A stretch of 64,000 nucleotides of DNA. Source: Camelus dromedarius (Eukaryota). Of the stretch, positions 1 to 13,900 are shown piece by piece; within the stretch, counting starts at the first letter, position 1; every line of letters begins with the position of its first letter. The translations under genes and the position numbers were made by a program. The DNA is taken from assembly GCF_036321535.1 (NCBI RefSeq), contig NC_087437.1:74340001-74404000 (forward strand). Direction: 5' to 3'. The notes below the pieces were generated by a model, which was not told where the DNA came from, searched no databases, and saw only the letters and a list, made by a program, of their open reading frames with translations.

Positions 1-429
1 GCAGAATGTCAATTTGTCTTCTCAAAAAGTGATGAAACCAACTATTGCAGGTGGAACAAAAATCACATAACAATTCATTCTAAGCATCATTATGAGTTCC
101 ACTGAATTTAAAAGATTTTAACTTTAAAATGAAGGTTTCATTTTTCCTCAGAAAAAGAAATGAAATTCCTTTTCCATTTCTAAGATCATACTATGCCAAA
201 CAAAATATTACTCCTACTTATAATTAACCTCAGGCTATAGGGAAAAAACTGTATCATTTCTAATTTTGTCTATTAGACAAATGGTCTTCATTTAGAGAAT
301 GCAGTGATATTTTAAGCAAAATTTAACAGTGAATTCAGATTAGCACAGACACTGCCCGCTATAAGATTACTTTCCCAAGAGCAACACAATACATTCAGGT
401 AAAAGAATTTTTTGCTAGGAGAAGGAGGA

Positions 430-806
430 ATGTATTAACCATTCTTTATTAACTTGTAATGACAGATAATCCCCAAATCTCAATGACTTTCAACAACAAG
501 GTTTACACGGTGTTCATGTTTATTCAGATTACTGATCAGCTTTGACTTTGCTCCATTTCGGGTCCCACATTACAGGAGGATCTCTATCAAGGACATGTTA
601 TTCTTCTGGAAGAGGGAAAAAAGCAGTACTGGAACCATGTGACAGTTTTTAAATCTTCTGCTCTGAAAAAATACATATCACTTTACTCACAATTCATTGA
701 ACAAAGCGAGATACATGGTCAAGTCTCCTGTTGATAGAGTAGGAAAAAAATAATCTTCTCATAGGGAGAGGCAGCAACTAATTGGAAACAAAACCACAAT
801 CTACCC
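430..806 (-). mobile_element. Old MaLR solo LTR (MLT1K/L-like), degraded
   Basis: MLT1-type motifs in reverse orientation: 'ccccaaatctcaatgactttcaacaacaaggttta', 'cactttactcacaattcattgaacaaagc..catggtcaagtct', ending 'aatctacc'. Confidence 0.6.
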
Positions 807-1479
807 AAAGGTATTTTTCACCTAATCATTTCTCAGTTGTTGAGGTTTGAGCTAGACTGGCATGCCTGACAGGAAGCTTGCAGCCTGACTTACAGTAGCC
901 TGACTCCAGGTTTATCCCTGTCAACTCTAAATCCCTGGGAATACACTGAGCTAATTTCCATCTAAATGCATACCTCTTCTTAACAGTGAGGTTCTGCTAA
1001 CACTTTCTTTGGGTTCTCCATCCCAAGAGGGCAAGACACATAGAGGTGAAAACCTTAAGAAAATAGTGCTTTGCTTTTCCCTTTTAAAGCTATTCACTGA
1101 ACCCAGCAGAAACAGTGCTCCGTATTTTTTCAAGTCTAGGCAATCTTTTGGATCCCGAGCCCCAATGTTGAAACACTATGCAGTCTAAGGAAGAACTCAA
1201 ACTATTGGACTCTTGATCATCTCATGACTATCTGATGTTTGTCACTTTATGTGCTTATTTGGGTTTTTAGACATCCTCACATTAAAGTGAATTAAGGTTA
1301 ATACTGTTTGAACATTGTTATCTTGTTCTGCCTTAGCTGACTTCTACAAAATTCAACTCTTTCTTGGTTATCCTGTAGCAGGAGTAGTAACGGCTAATGT
1401 GGTAGTGGTAGTAGTTGCAATTATAATAAGACTAGTAACAGATTCATTTTATCATACAACAGACCTACGGGGTATGATG

Positions 1480-1620
1480 AAATGAAGATGAAGACACTGA
1501 GGCACAGAGAGGGTACTCTTCCTTTGCAAAGTTCCACAGCTAGAAAGTGGAAGAGCTGGGATTTGAATCCAGGCTGTGTGACCCTACAGCCCATCCCTGA
1601 ATCACTCTGCTGTATTGCTC
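1480..1620 (-). mobile_element. MIR SINE fragment
   Basis: Reverse MIR core 'actgaggcacagagagg...cacagctagaaagtggaagagctgggatttgaatccagg'. Confidence 0.8.
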
Positions 1621-1770
1621 CCTTCCTTCTAGTAAGGCTGCTGATCTAAGTTCTTGTCTATCTACCAACTTTGTGACTAAAACTTTGTAAAGCCTCTTTT
1701 AAAGAAAATTTGCATTACTAGAACAAATAAAGTGAAACTAATCATGTATTTCTCCTTATCTTTATTTTAT

Positions 1771-2155
1771 GACATTATATGGTATTGCCCATATGTGGAA
1801 TCTTAAAAAAGAAACAAGAGGACACTAATGAACTCATCTACAAAACAGAAGCAGACTCGCAGGCATAGTACACAATCTTATGGTTACTGGGGGAATTGGG
1901 TAGGAAGGGATAAATTTGGGAGTTTGAGATTTGCAAATGTTAGCCACTATATATAAAAATACATTAAAAAAAAAAACAGGTTTCTTCTGTATAGCACAAG
2001 GAACTATATTCAGTATCTTGTAATAACCTTTAATGAAAAAGAATATGAAAACGAATATATGCATGTTATGCATGACTGAGACACTGTGTTGTACTAGAAA
2101 ATTGACATATTGTAATTGACTATACTTCAATTAAAAATAAATTAATTTAAAAAAT
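1771..2155 (+). mobile_element. 5'-truncated lineage-specific L1, 3'UTR only
   Basis: 'atatgtggaatct..aatgaactcatctacaaaacagaagcagactc...tgtatagcacaaggaactatattcagtatcttgtaataacctttaatgaaaaagaatatg...gactatacttcaattaaaaa' followed by an A-rich tail; cetartiodactyl-type L1 3' end. Confidence 0.85.
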
Positions 2156-3119
2156 AGAAATAACATCCAATTAGAGGACAAAATCTATAAAATTTTTATT
2201 TGAAATGAAATTAATATTTTTAAGAATATACTGTATTTTTTAACATAAATTATTATGTGACTTTTGCATGCACTATAAATCTAACTTTATTTTAATGCAA
2301 ATATAGTCTATTTTTAAAGTACCATCACTGGTCATCCATTTATTAAGATGTATACAAAATAATTCTTCTTCGAAGTTCCTACACTTATTACTAGATTACT
2401 GGATGTTAAATATATTATGTTTCCTTCATATACATATATACAACCTCTCCTTTTTGCCATTACTCCTAAAGCACATTAGTAGCCATGATTACCATTTATT
2501 ACTCCTTCCAAGATTATATTCAGATTTCCAAGCAAACAAAAAGATTTTAGTAAAATCTCTTCTTAAGCAATATTGAAAACATGCTGAGTAAATTACATGA
2601 AATTCCAGTGCAGTCAAATAACAGGGTTACTTGCATCATTTAGAAACTGTTCTGGAGTCATGTCACTGGAGAGTTAATGATTTTTTGGAATCATACAATA
2701 GTCTGAGGTGCTGACTTTTAACAATGACTCATCATTTATGAGCAAGGAATCACCAGTTGGAACAAACACTTCTAAATCTTATTTGGGGGATATTTTTGGT
2801 GATCCTTTCAACTTCAATGTTCCAGCAGCCCTTGCCACAGGGTATTATTTCTGTAATGGTAATAATAAGTGAAAACATTTTCAAATGTTTGGAATGCTGG
2901 CAAATCAAGTCAATCCACATGTATTCAAGATCATACCCGTTTAAGTGATGATTTTAACCAATAAGAAAAAAAAAGCAATAAACTCAGAATGTTGGTTTAG
3001 AAGGAAACATTTTAAGGAATATTATCCAGATTAAAACCCAAGTAGCACCCTGATTAAGTCTATTATTAGTCGTATTTTGCTTCTTCTGTACTACCTAATA
3101 AGTCTCAGGTGATTTAATC

Positions 3120-3225
3120 TGGTAAGTTCTTGGAGGTTAGCTACTACATCTTACTCATCTTTGGAACCCCCCAGTACCTACAATGATGTATATCTGTTAA
3201 CAAATATCTGTTCAATTAGTGAAAA
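3120..3225 (+). mobile_element. L2 3' end fragment
   Basis: 'aagttcttggagg..catcttactcatctttg..ccccagtaccta..aacaaatatctgttcaattagtgaa' resembles the L2 3' terminus. Confidence 0.55.
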
Positions 3226-4839
3226 AGTTAACAAATAAAGAAAGGAATAAAGATTAGTGAAGTTTTGGAAACTTTAAAATATGAAAAAAAAATCCCTTAA
3301 TTCAAGACTTGTTAAGTCTGTATACTGCAAGGAAAATACTAAAATAGTTTAATCCATCTTCTGCAACAAAATAGATTTGTATGTAGAAATACAGAATTAT
3401 CTGAATACAAAGGGGTACCAGAGGTTAGCTGAAGTACAGTTCAACCAGCGGGAAACACACTCCAATTTGCACAACTACTCCAAGTGCTGTGGATTTTGCA
3501 ATTTTTTAATTCTAACTTTATGCTCAGAAAGCCAAAAAAGGGACAAGTTATATATTCCTGGGTTAAATAAAACTTTGGTCTCAATCTATGGTTTTCTACA
3601 AACACAGTGCTCATGTGAATTTTTCCTTGTTGGGGCAGTGGTGTCTAGAGTATGTTAGACCAAGCCATCACTCTGGTCTTCTTGGGGCTGGGAAATCCTT
3701 GGTGCTTCAAGGAAGCAAAAATCAGTGGTTCAGAGAGGCAGTGAACAAACTTAAAGGTGCCGCAGTACCGATTTACTGCGGTGTTCCTGTAGCTACCTGT
3801 CCCTCCGTGCATCTGATTTGGGAGGTTAAAGCTCCACAGCTCCCACCTGCAGGTCCAGTGCCGCCTCAGACTGCCAGTGACTCTCCCCTAGTAAGCAACT
3901 GTAGGGCAAGGTAAGCACATCACCAGATCGGAACAAGCCCCATCCAGAATCCCTGCCTCAGCACCCAAGCCAACTTCTCTCTCCTGCTCATCTGACTTTT
4001 CTCCTTGGTCTTTCTGTTTTCCAAGACTGACCAACTCTATTCTGGCCACTGGAGTCATAGGCTGACCTCATACCCACTACTTTGTTCCTGCCCAGGACAC
4101 ATGTACACACATTTCATGCCAGATTTAAAACAATCAGTATACAGATCTCCCCTGCGTAATAGCAAGGCTCTCCCTCCTACCCAAGACGCAGCATATGTGT
4201 TGGGACAGCTCCATTCTAACCTGTTTCTTCCCCCTCTGAAGTCAAATTGTTAGTTTTTTAATTTCTCCTCATATGTTATTCTGGAATAAAATGTGTTTGC
4301 AAATAATCCGCTGCTTAGAATTTTTCTTAAGCCTGTCCCTGGAAAATAGATGTTTTTAACTTATTTAGTCTAGAAAGAACCATTATTTTCTTTCTCCTCT
4401 ATGTTTGTTTAGGTTGTAGCATATATAGATGCTTAAAATAAAAGAGAGTAAAAATCTGAGAGTAGGAGAAGATACAATTGTTTTGACACCCTAATTATAG
4501 AAGTTTTTAATAGTTTCAAAATTTAACACCTGGTCTTAAGCTTGTTTTATTTTTTTTTTTAATCTTTGCTGTGACAGAGAAGTAGGGTCACAATTTAAGC
4601 TGTCATGTTAATTATTTATATGTACTGACATCATTTAGTTTTATTTTACAATAACAAAAAAGTAACTGACTAAAGAGCAAACTTTTATCCCCAAATCTAC
4701 TTTTTTTTTAAATGCAGACAAACTGTATCTGCAGGCTTAATTTCAGTTTATTCCTCCATGCCAGTTATCTGTAAGCATGACAGCGCTTTCTAATTAACCA
4801 GGATATAAGTATTTCATGAATATTAGTGTGCATGAGTCA

Positions 4840-5185
4840 CTGTACAGCTTGCTGCTGCAACAAATAAATCCACAACTTTTACTGGGTTATCACAGTAGAA
4901 ATGATTTCCTCATCTGGAGGATGCCTCCCGTGCAGTCATTCAGGTACCGGACTTCAGCTGTCTGAGGGTGTTATTCTCTGCCAGGGCCTCCTCACAAGGA
5001 AAGCTCTTTGGGACATATGTCACATCCACTCATATTCCATGAGAACTAGCCCCGGTGTCCCAGTGAGATGAGCGGGGAATGAAGGGACAGTCCTGGCTCA
5101 GCAGCTGCTTCCCAGCACTCACTCTGTGCTCCTCAGTGTGGGGATAGTTTGGATCTTTGTGGGACAGATAGCTCTCTACCGCCGC
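4840..5185 (-). mobile_element. ERVL/MaLR LTR (LTR33-like)
   Basis: 'gctgctgcaacaaataaatccac', 'gcagtcattcagg', 'cagctgcttcccagcactcactct..tttgtgggacagatagctctct'. Confidence 0.55.
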
Positions 5186-7081
5186 TAGCATTTATACCAC
5201 AGTTCATGGAGTCAAATGCAAACAAGGACATGAATGACTGAAGCGGTCTGGCTATGATAGAGAGAGAGAGAGGAAACTGTAGGGAATCTGAAAGAATGTG
5301 CTCTGACTAAAGAGAGAAGATGGTTCCCAGGGTAGAAAAGCATACAGAATACTGGCAGAGTTTTGCAAGACAGAAAAAAAAAAATCTGTATCTTTAAAAT
5401 GTGAAATCTCTTCAGTTTTAAATGTAAGCAACTGAGTTAAATAAATAAATAACACTGTGTAAGCTGTGTGAAACATTCATTTCTGAAAACCAGACTTGAC
5501 TCAAAGAAAATGTGTTTGCAATCTGTGGTGTATGTGATACCTCCCCTCTGATAAATTTGCCCTTCAACAGAGAGATGAAATGGTTGCTGTCTTCACAGGA
5601 TACTGCAGGATACATGTTCCCCAAAATTTTTACTGTTGAGGAAAAACATATGAAGAAGCCCTCCTAGTGCACGTGTATGTCATGTTATATATACATTACA
5701 CATCGCGTTTACTGCTAGCACCTCGAGCACAAGACGCATCTAGGGTGAGATTCGTCATTAATGTGTGTATGAGTCCACACTTCAGTCTTCCTTGAAATTT
5801 TGGTTTTTTTTTTTTTAAAGAGCTTCATGACAGATATGACCAGGTAATCAATGTTCTACCTCTTCATGTGGCTGATGAAGAGAACAGAAATAGGAGAGAC
5901 ATCATTTTCTCCATTTTATCTTTGCTTATGCATAACCTCAATACAAATCTGCCCACAGGAATCCTTTTTAGCCATTTCTTAATTTTACTAACATAAAAAA
6001 TGTAGCAAAGCCTTATATCTCCCCAATTTTAGACTAAAAAATACTAATGGAAGTTCTTAAAATTTCTCTCTGCCCTGAGTGCTCTGTATACCCGTTATTA
6101 CACACACTCCATGTTGCCTACGATTATACCCTCGCTTTGACTAGGCAACATCTGGAATATAATAGTTCACATTTGTACACAGTTCTGTGTAGGTCCACGT
6201 GGCACCTATTAAATATTATCTCATCTTGAAAGACCACACTTTAGTTTCTTTCATGATTCTTCAATAAGCTTTTACTTTCTAAAAGCATAGGGATATACCA
6301 TTAGTGTTTGAAAGACTAAGGGAAATTCTATTAGTTAATCATGTTACCAAGAGTATTTTCTTGGTAATTACAATAACAAAGCACTAGTTTATATAAAGAT
6401 TTAGAGCCTTTTAGTTGGGCTGAAACAAAATGAAAGAAAGGAAATAAAGATTGAAGCTAAGTTTTCAAGCAATTTTGGTTTAAAATGTATAAAAAGATGC
6501 AGAGAATAATTCTCTTGGTTCCAGGAGAGTTATGATTGTGACTCCTCATACATAAAAATGAGCGTATGCCCTGAAGTATGTTGTAACACTAAATAACTAC
6601 TTACATTTAAAGCTCTCAATCGCTTAGCAGTCAATCCAGTTAGGTGAAAATAGAGCTTTCTTTTCTTTACTACGGAGAAAAGAGATGTTTCATATTACTG
6701 TCCTTAAGAGAAGGGGAATGAAAAATGCAAATTATGGAATTGCTTAGATACTCCTTATATCGTGCCTCCTGCAATCTACTTCCTACCTACTGGCGACTTT
6801 CTTTGATATCAGACATCGCTTGATGTTTCCAAGATGAATACAGATTGTAACTAGAAGGTTCGGCTTATCACATTCTGGAACTTAAATTTCACATACACCT
6901 GAGGATGACAAGTCCATCAAGTAAACTGTAAGCCAAACTCTTAACAGTATGGAAAGATATTACAGGGACTCTTATTTTCACTTTACATGTTTCTGTATTA
7001 TTTGAATACTATTACATTTGTGATTAAGAAAAAAATATATATATACATGAACAATCTATGAGAACTAATACCTAGCTAATA

Positions 7082-7120
7082 TATCTATCTAATCTATTTA
7101 TCTACCTATCTATCTATCTA
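7082..7120. repeat. (TATC)n imperfect microsatellite
   Basis: 'tatctatctaatctatttatctacctatctatctatct'. Confidence 0.8.
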
Positions 7121-7189
7121 GTGTTTCCTTTATGGCATGTACTTCTCTGAGCCCTTTTCATTTGTTCTCTGAATCCTGGGTGATCTGAC

Positions 7190-7605
7190 CAAGTTACTTA
7201 GTGATTCTGTGAGTAAAGTAATAGAAGTATCAACTGTATCTGCCCCATGAAGTAGTTGTCAACAGTATATATATAGTATGTATATATTGCATTTAGAACA
7301 GTGTCTGGAACTCTGTAAGTGATGAGTGTTGGCCATTGTCCAGAGCTCCATGAGGGCAGGGAATTTTGACTCTTTTTTTCACTTCTGTTTCCCTTGTACT
7401 CATTAGTACTAAATAGTACACAATATGTGCTCAATAAATACTTAGTGAACAAATGATATTATGAGCTAGATGTAGCCTGAGCCCCAGTTTATGGGTAAGA
7501 TACCTGAGACACAGCAGATAAAATAAAATGGCCAAGAACATACGGCTATTACATAACCAAACTGATTTTTCAACCCACCCAGTTTGACTCTGAGGGCTTG
7601 CACAC
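7190..7605. mobile_element. Cluster of MIR (+), L2 3' end (+) and MIR (-) fragments
   Basis: 'gcatttagaacagtgtctggaac..taagtg' (MIR tail); 'agctccatgagggcaggga...tgctcaataaatacttagtgaac' (L2 end); 'tgagacacag...cccagtttgactctgagggc' (MIR reverse). Confidence 0.6.
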
Positions 7606-9204
7606 GTATCCTCCTCGTCTCTACTATCATTCTTTTTAGAACTAACATCTAAAAGGGATATTTAAGGAGAACTAGTCCCAGAGATCTGATTAAGGCCCTC
7701 TAGTCCGTGAAATTCACTAGAGGTATCATAACACTACAGATTCCAGAGACAGCTTTCTGGATCTGAATGTAGAAAAAGGTACTCCGTGTCAGGTATAGAC
7801 TGTCTAAGAAGCTGGTGAAATGTACACCACAATTTATGCCAATTTCATGAAGAAAATAGTTAAATTTTAAATTCAATAATAAAAGAGCTAATTCCAGCCA
7901 CTCTACTAAAAGATTTTATTCTGGCAGAAGTCATTTATTTTCTTTTTTCCCCCAGAGATTTTAGAATAATCTCAACAACTCTTTCCTCTTCCAGTTGTGA
8001 AGCTGTTCTCAAATGAAGTCATGCTTAAATAACTTTGTACAGAAAAATCAGAGGTCAAAAGTAATACAAAAAAAAAAGTCATGAAAGAAGTTGTTTCTCC
8101 AGGTTTTTCTTGATCAGCACCCTGGAACCCTCATTGAAATTCATTCATCACAAAACAAAATCATCACCCTGACTCCACTGTTTACTTATTATTTGTACAT
8201 TAAAGGCATATTCAGTAATATGATTATTTAAAAGATCTAGATTTTTACTTACTAAATATAAAGTTATTTGAGGGAAAAAATGAATTACCAAAGGAGCAAT
8301 AATGCTATTTAAATGGGTGAAAAAGAATCTAAGAGAAAAATAGGAAAGTAGAAAGACAAATTGAGTTTTAGAAAAATCTTTAGAGAGGCTGAAATTTAAA
8401 AAATAATAATAATAATAATAAATGCTATTGATGTGCTTATTCTGTTCATTCAGTAAGTTCCCTTTGGATGGCTTTTGGCTCTGACTCTTAGAGACAAACT
8501 CAATAAGGCTAATACAGTCTCTGAATTCAGTTGTTTTCTTGCTGCGTTTATAATCTACTGAGGAATTTTAGATGAAGCAATTTACATGTGACTTCTGCTT
8601 AAAGAAATGGCCCCTTGATTTTTAAGATTTTATCTTTTTATTTTTTTTTTTTTTCCATTTTGCTGTTGCCTTTGGCTTTGGAAGTTCCCATGTCATAATA
8701 TTAGTCAGACTGGCTCTAACCAGGCTATGCACAAATAGAATGCTGCTGGGAGGCTATAAATTCAACTGAACCAAAAGGAGACTTGGAAACTAGCCTTGGA
8801 TAGCATTCAGGAGTCAAGGGATTCCTAGGAGGCTAAGGCAGCAGAGGCAAACCAGCAGGAGCAGTGTAATCTGAACCCACTGTGGCAAAGAGCCCCCAGC
8901 TATTGCTAGCATCACCCTCCTAAGATTCAAAGTCCTACAAGGAAGCTTTCATTTTGCTAAGACCAAGTATGTACCTAATATGACCTCTTCCTCCATCCAT
9001 GCAAGGACAAAGAATGTAAGGAACTAAATTTCCCACTAAGATTATAAACCAAAAATAAAAAAAGGGTGCCCCAAAGGGAGATCAGGATATTAGCTTATGG
9101 GACTGAATACTTACTTGTCAATCAAAAATTTGCAAGTGCCCAGTACATTTACATAAGAAATGACAGAAGGGGGTTGAGTCCTCAGCACAACTGATCAAAA
9201 GATA

Positions 9205-9340
9205 TGTATTATGGTAGAAGGAGCACTCATAGCTTTTGAGCAAACTGGCTGGAGCCAAATCTTAGCTTCCCCATATCCTGGATATGAGACCTTGTGTGAG
9301 CAACTTAACCTCTCGGAGCCTCTCAACGTAGGGACTGTTC
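9205..9340 (+). mobile_element. MIR SINE fragment
   Basis: 'atggtagaaggagcac..aaatcttagcttcc..gagaccttg..gcaacttaacctctcggagcctc'. Confidence 0.65.
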
Positions 9341-10949
9341 TGAGGACTAGTAAAAACTCACCTAGCAAACAGTAGAAACCCAGAAAATGACAGCAAATCT
9401 GCAGAGATGGCAGGAACCTCTCTGCCATCACCTACCATCAGGGCTATATCCACACTGTCTGACCTTAGCTCCTCTATACTTAATATCCTAATGGCACTGT
9501 ATTTTCTAGCCATGAAAACATGCCACACTTTCCCAAATTATTTGAAAATACCATAAACTGGCCTTGATTCAGCCACTTTTCTCCTCTCAACCAATTCTAA
9601 GGAATTCATGATTATTCATCTCTTTAATGTTTACTATAATCCATTATAGTCATTCCAGATTTTCCCTTGGCTATTGAGAGATCATATGTATTCATTGTTT
9701 GGATAACAATTGTTTTAAGAGACGTGAAAATCTACAACATCATTAATTCTTATCACCTTCACATTGTAAACCTATATTTATTTATATTTGCCTTGGCCAG
9801 TTCATGGTTAAAGTCTTCTGAGGAGATTAGATTCTTATTCTGTTAATCTTTTAAACAATCTTTTAAAAAGAAACGTTAACACTCCAATTCTGAAGAAAGA
9901 ACTTAAAAACTGATTTCTTCAGGTAGAGAACATTGTAGACATAGATGACCTGAGTACTGAAGGAAAAGGAAATGCTTATAATCCAACTGTTGGTTTTAAA
10001 GGAGGAATTGATTCTGCTGAGCTTGTCCACCCTTAGATTAGGCAGCTCTCTAGCTTGTGAATGTAACATGCCTTTCCTTAAGAGCCACTGGCCATCTCAC
10101 CCTTTCTGCTGAGCAGATGGGCTTCCCCAAGTGCTGGGATCCCCAGCTCTGCTTCCTATTTGCCTCACCACAGAAACCAGTGGCTGGCATTTCATGAAAA
10201 ATTAATTCTTCCTGTAGTTAGTACCTAAATAAGTCAATGAGCTTATACTATAAAATTAAAAGGTATGTATTAAGGAGTTGTATGGGATTTAACAACAACA
10301 AAAAAACTTCATTTATCCCATAGATTATCATCTCAATTATAGGTAATTAGCAGAGAAACAGACTTAGGTAAACTCATGTTATCATTATCAGAAGGTGATA
10401 ATTATAGTTTACAAGAGTGTCAGTATAATCTTTTGTAATCCTTATGATCCCTTAAATAGAAGTCAATTATCTCCAGTTTGTATAACCATAAGGTAGGTTA
10501 ATGCAAGCGATTGTATTTTTTAACTTAGAACATTAAAGGTAACATTTGTTTTACAACCACTTAGCAGATTAAACCAGGCAGCAAATCTTTCATTTGGAGA
10601 ATTGTTTTGTGTGCTAATTTGTGCTACATATAAATATCACTCAATTTAGAAAGCAAGCAATAGACTCTACACTGATTATAGTTTAGAGGTAATATATTAT
10701 TTGTTTGTAAAAAGTTTGGTTAAATATAAATGTGATGTAACACATTACTCAGCTATTTTGCATTTAAAAGGGTTATATTTAGGCAAATGCTAATGCTAGT
10801 TTTACTTTTTGCATAATAAGAACAAATTAGCAGATAAAAGGGAAAATAACTAATTAGTTAGAAAAAGTTATATACTAATTGCTGAAACCTCATAGTACTT
10901 GTTTATACTTTCTTTATTTAAAAAAAAATGTTTTAAAACTATCTGATTC

Positions 10950-11070
10950 CCCATTAAGCTACAAGTTCTAAGAGCATAAAGACCATGTCTCTTACCTGTA
11001 TATTCTTGGAACTTTGCACAGAGCCTGAGGCATAGAAGGTGGTCATTTATTTAGAGTTGAATGAGTATCT
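10950..11070 (+). mobile_element. L2 3' end fragment
   Basis: 'ctacaagttctaagagcataaagaccatgtct...gcacagagcctgaggcatagaagg..gttgaatgagt'. Confidence 0.6.
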
Positions 11071-12378
11071 ATGGCATTCCTGAGGTGTAACCAGGTCATC
11101 CCTCATGCCCCTGCAATCACTTCACTTTGTCAAATCTTTTATTCTCAGTTTTTTGGGGCCTTATGGTCAATACAATCCTAATTATAGAACAAATTCTCAT
11201 CTTCTCTCATGCAACATACAATCTATTTGTGGAGAGGAAGTTATTACTTTGGAAACAACTTTTGAAAAACATTAAATGGGACTTTTACGGCACAGAAAAA
11301 GAAGGGTTCAATGCCTAACACATTGAAGACCTCAAAGAATTGACAGGATTGCTGAGATTCAGAAGACAGCTTGGCTTTACCGAAATGGTTCATTTGGTGA
11401 TCGGTGTGGATATAATATACACAACAGTCCCAAGGAGAAAATCAACTGTGTGTGTCCCTCTGTGAGCAGCTGTGTTTATCTGTAAGTGTCCGTGTGTGTG
11501 CATTTTTCTGTATATGGCTGTGATTCCTTATGTGTCTGTGTGCAGCAGAGACATTGAAGAGAAGAGACCCTCTCAAAGTCAGTACCCATTGGCTGATTAC
11601 AACCATCCCCTTACCTACTGTGACATGGGCTCTGCTTTCAATTTCTTTCCTCCAGGCCTAGACACTTCCTGATTAAAAATCATGGACAGATTGTTCACCA
11701 GACAAGATAAACCCTGGCAGTCATGTCTTGACCACCACCTACTAGGCTCCACCAATGTTCTCTGAAAAGTAATGATGCCTCAGTCCTTCCACACTAATTT
11801 TCAGGGAACTAAACTAGGTCCACCCCTGGTGGTCCTAGAAGCAGATTCAGACTGGTGTAAAAGGGAACAGAGTAAGCAAGTTAATACTTCCTCTGTCTTT
11901 TAAACCAATGAGCAAGATACAGGCTTGAAAGCATAGTGAATCAATGACTGATCACAAAATCTCTTTGGATAAACCAGGACAAAAAAGTGAACAATTATTG
12001 ATACAGAATAATATGCACTACTCCAAATCATTAGAAATTTGTGGGATGTTAATCAGTTACATGATCTCCCTTATAGGGTCCCACCAGTTGTAAAAGCAGA
12101 ACTCCAAATCCTGGTGCTGGTCAAAGTACAGCTGTTTTAACAGTAAAGCAGATTTGGAGAGCAGTTTCAGCAATGGCTGAAACCGAGCTAGCTGCCCCTG
12201 CCTTTCTGAATTGAAGACAGAGAGATGCAGAGGTGAGATGACTCACCTAGGCCTTTTTAGGTAAGAACCTGGAGAGAGCAGACCAGTTACAGCAGGGCTT
12301 TGCCTGCACTCATTTGTGTCCTGTCACAGGCAAATCCAAGAGGGAGAGGACAAACGGGAAAGGGATGGACTGAAGTAG

Positions 12379-12765
12379 CTCAGTCTGTCTGGGCTTCTAT
12401 AACACAATACTATAGACTGGGTGGCTTACAGACAACAGAAATTCATTTCATACTGTTCTGGAGACTGAAAGGCTGAGATCAGGGTGTCAGCATGGTTGCG
12501 TTCTGGTATGAACCTGCTTCCAATTTGCAGGCTGCCAACTCACATAGCAGAGAGCAGAGAAAGCAAGCTCTCTCGTGACTCTTATAAGGATATTAGCCCC
12601 ATTCATGAGGGCTCCACCCTCACGAGCTCATCTAATCCTAATTACTTCCCAAAGATCCTACCTCCTAATACCATCGCTTTGGCGGGGGTGGGGGTGGAGA
12701 GTGGGGGGTGGTAAGGGTTTTCAATTTATTGATATTGGGAAGACACAAACATTCAGTACATGACA
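12379..12765 (-). mobile_element. MLT1A/MLT1A0 MaLR solo LTR
   Basis: 'gggcttctataacacaatactatagactgggtggctta..cagaaattcatttc..gttctggagactg', 'attcatgagggctccaccctcacg..taattacttcccaaag..cctcctaataccatc'; possible degenerate TSD agtag/agttg. Confidence 0.85.
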
Positions 12766-13759
12766 AGTTGGTAAGTCACAAGTAGCAGGGACTAGTTTAA
12801 GTTTTTGAAACAAATAAAAGAAAATCCCATTTTTACAGAACAAAAACTACATACATGGTTAGGAAAGCTAAGTCATTAGAAAGAAAGGACAACAGATGCA
12901 ATTCAAGCGGACACTAAATTTGGTTTCACATGTTCCAATAGCAATGGCAAAAGAGATGTCTGCTAGGGCTTTCTAAAAACAAAATGCATACATATTCATC
13001 TCCAGACTTTTTATCATTTAACTCACACTGAGATCTACAAAATAAGGAACTTTGAGTGGCATAATGAAGACAATTTAAAACTGCAATATGAAAAAAGAGA
13101 ATGTGGATTTTAATTAAAAAAAACTTTGGTCTCCTGTGTATAAACTGTTCAAGGTTTCTCAGATGCAAAGTCTGCCCTATGTTCAATCTTTATAAATGTT
13201 ACTAGGGTAAAGATTGAGATAAATCTTTTGCTTTAGAGTTTAAAGTCTCTCAAGTAGTATTTACTTGCACAAAAGAGTTAAATGAGGTGTACATGGTTTT
13301 CCATCACTTAAATGACATTATGTCTTTTTACCCTTCGGGGCTCAGAAAGACTACAAGATTTAAAAACGAATTTTTTTCGAAGCTTCTCTCCTGGAACTTG
13401 AAACTTTGATTGGAGGTAAAGAAATCAATTCTCATTATCTTCAGGAAGAAAAGTGTTTAATCTTTGCACTATAAATTGTCCTTCAGAACTGAGAAAAACA
13501 GAACCCAATTCTATCATGTGTCATAGTATGTGAGCTTATCTAATGAACCTAAGCGTGTTGATCAAAGTTGATAACTCAATCCTTTATGGGCCAGATGTAC
13601 ACAGCAGAACTTATTTGGAATATATACAACGTGTGACTTCAAGACAACTCAGCAGGTGCAATACAGTACATCTGATGGCACTGCCAAACCCTGAGAAAGC
13701 TGACACAAGGAAGAATACCCGTTTAGTGTCTGCTCTGTTTATAAATGTCCTAGTTTTAT

Positions 13760-13900
13760 AGAACTCTGGGGTTTCTTCAGTCATCTAGCTCAGTCTCTTC
13801 ATTTTACAGAAGAGAACACTAAAACCTGGAAAGGTTAAAGATCTTAGCCCAAGTCTCACAGCTGGTAAGCAACAGAACCAAAATCCACCCTGTCATTCAA
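13760..13900 (-). mobile_element. MIR fragment
   Basis: 'tcttcattttacagaagagaacactaaaacctggaaaggttaaagatcttagcccaagtctcacagctggtaag'. Confidence 0.7.

Noticed and set aside
11330..11352. 'aaagaattgacaggattg' resembling SSU rRNA
   Set aside because: Similarity is limited to a few bases and the flanks are not rRNA-like.
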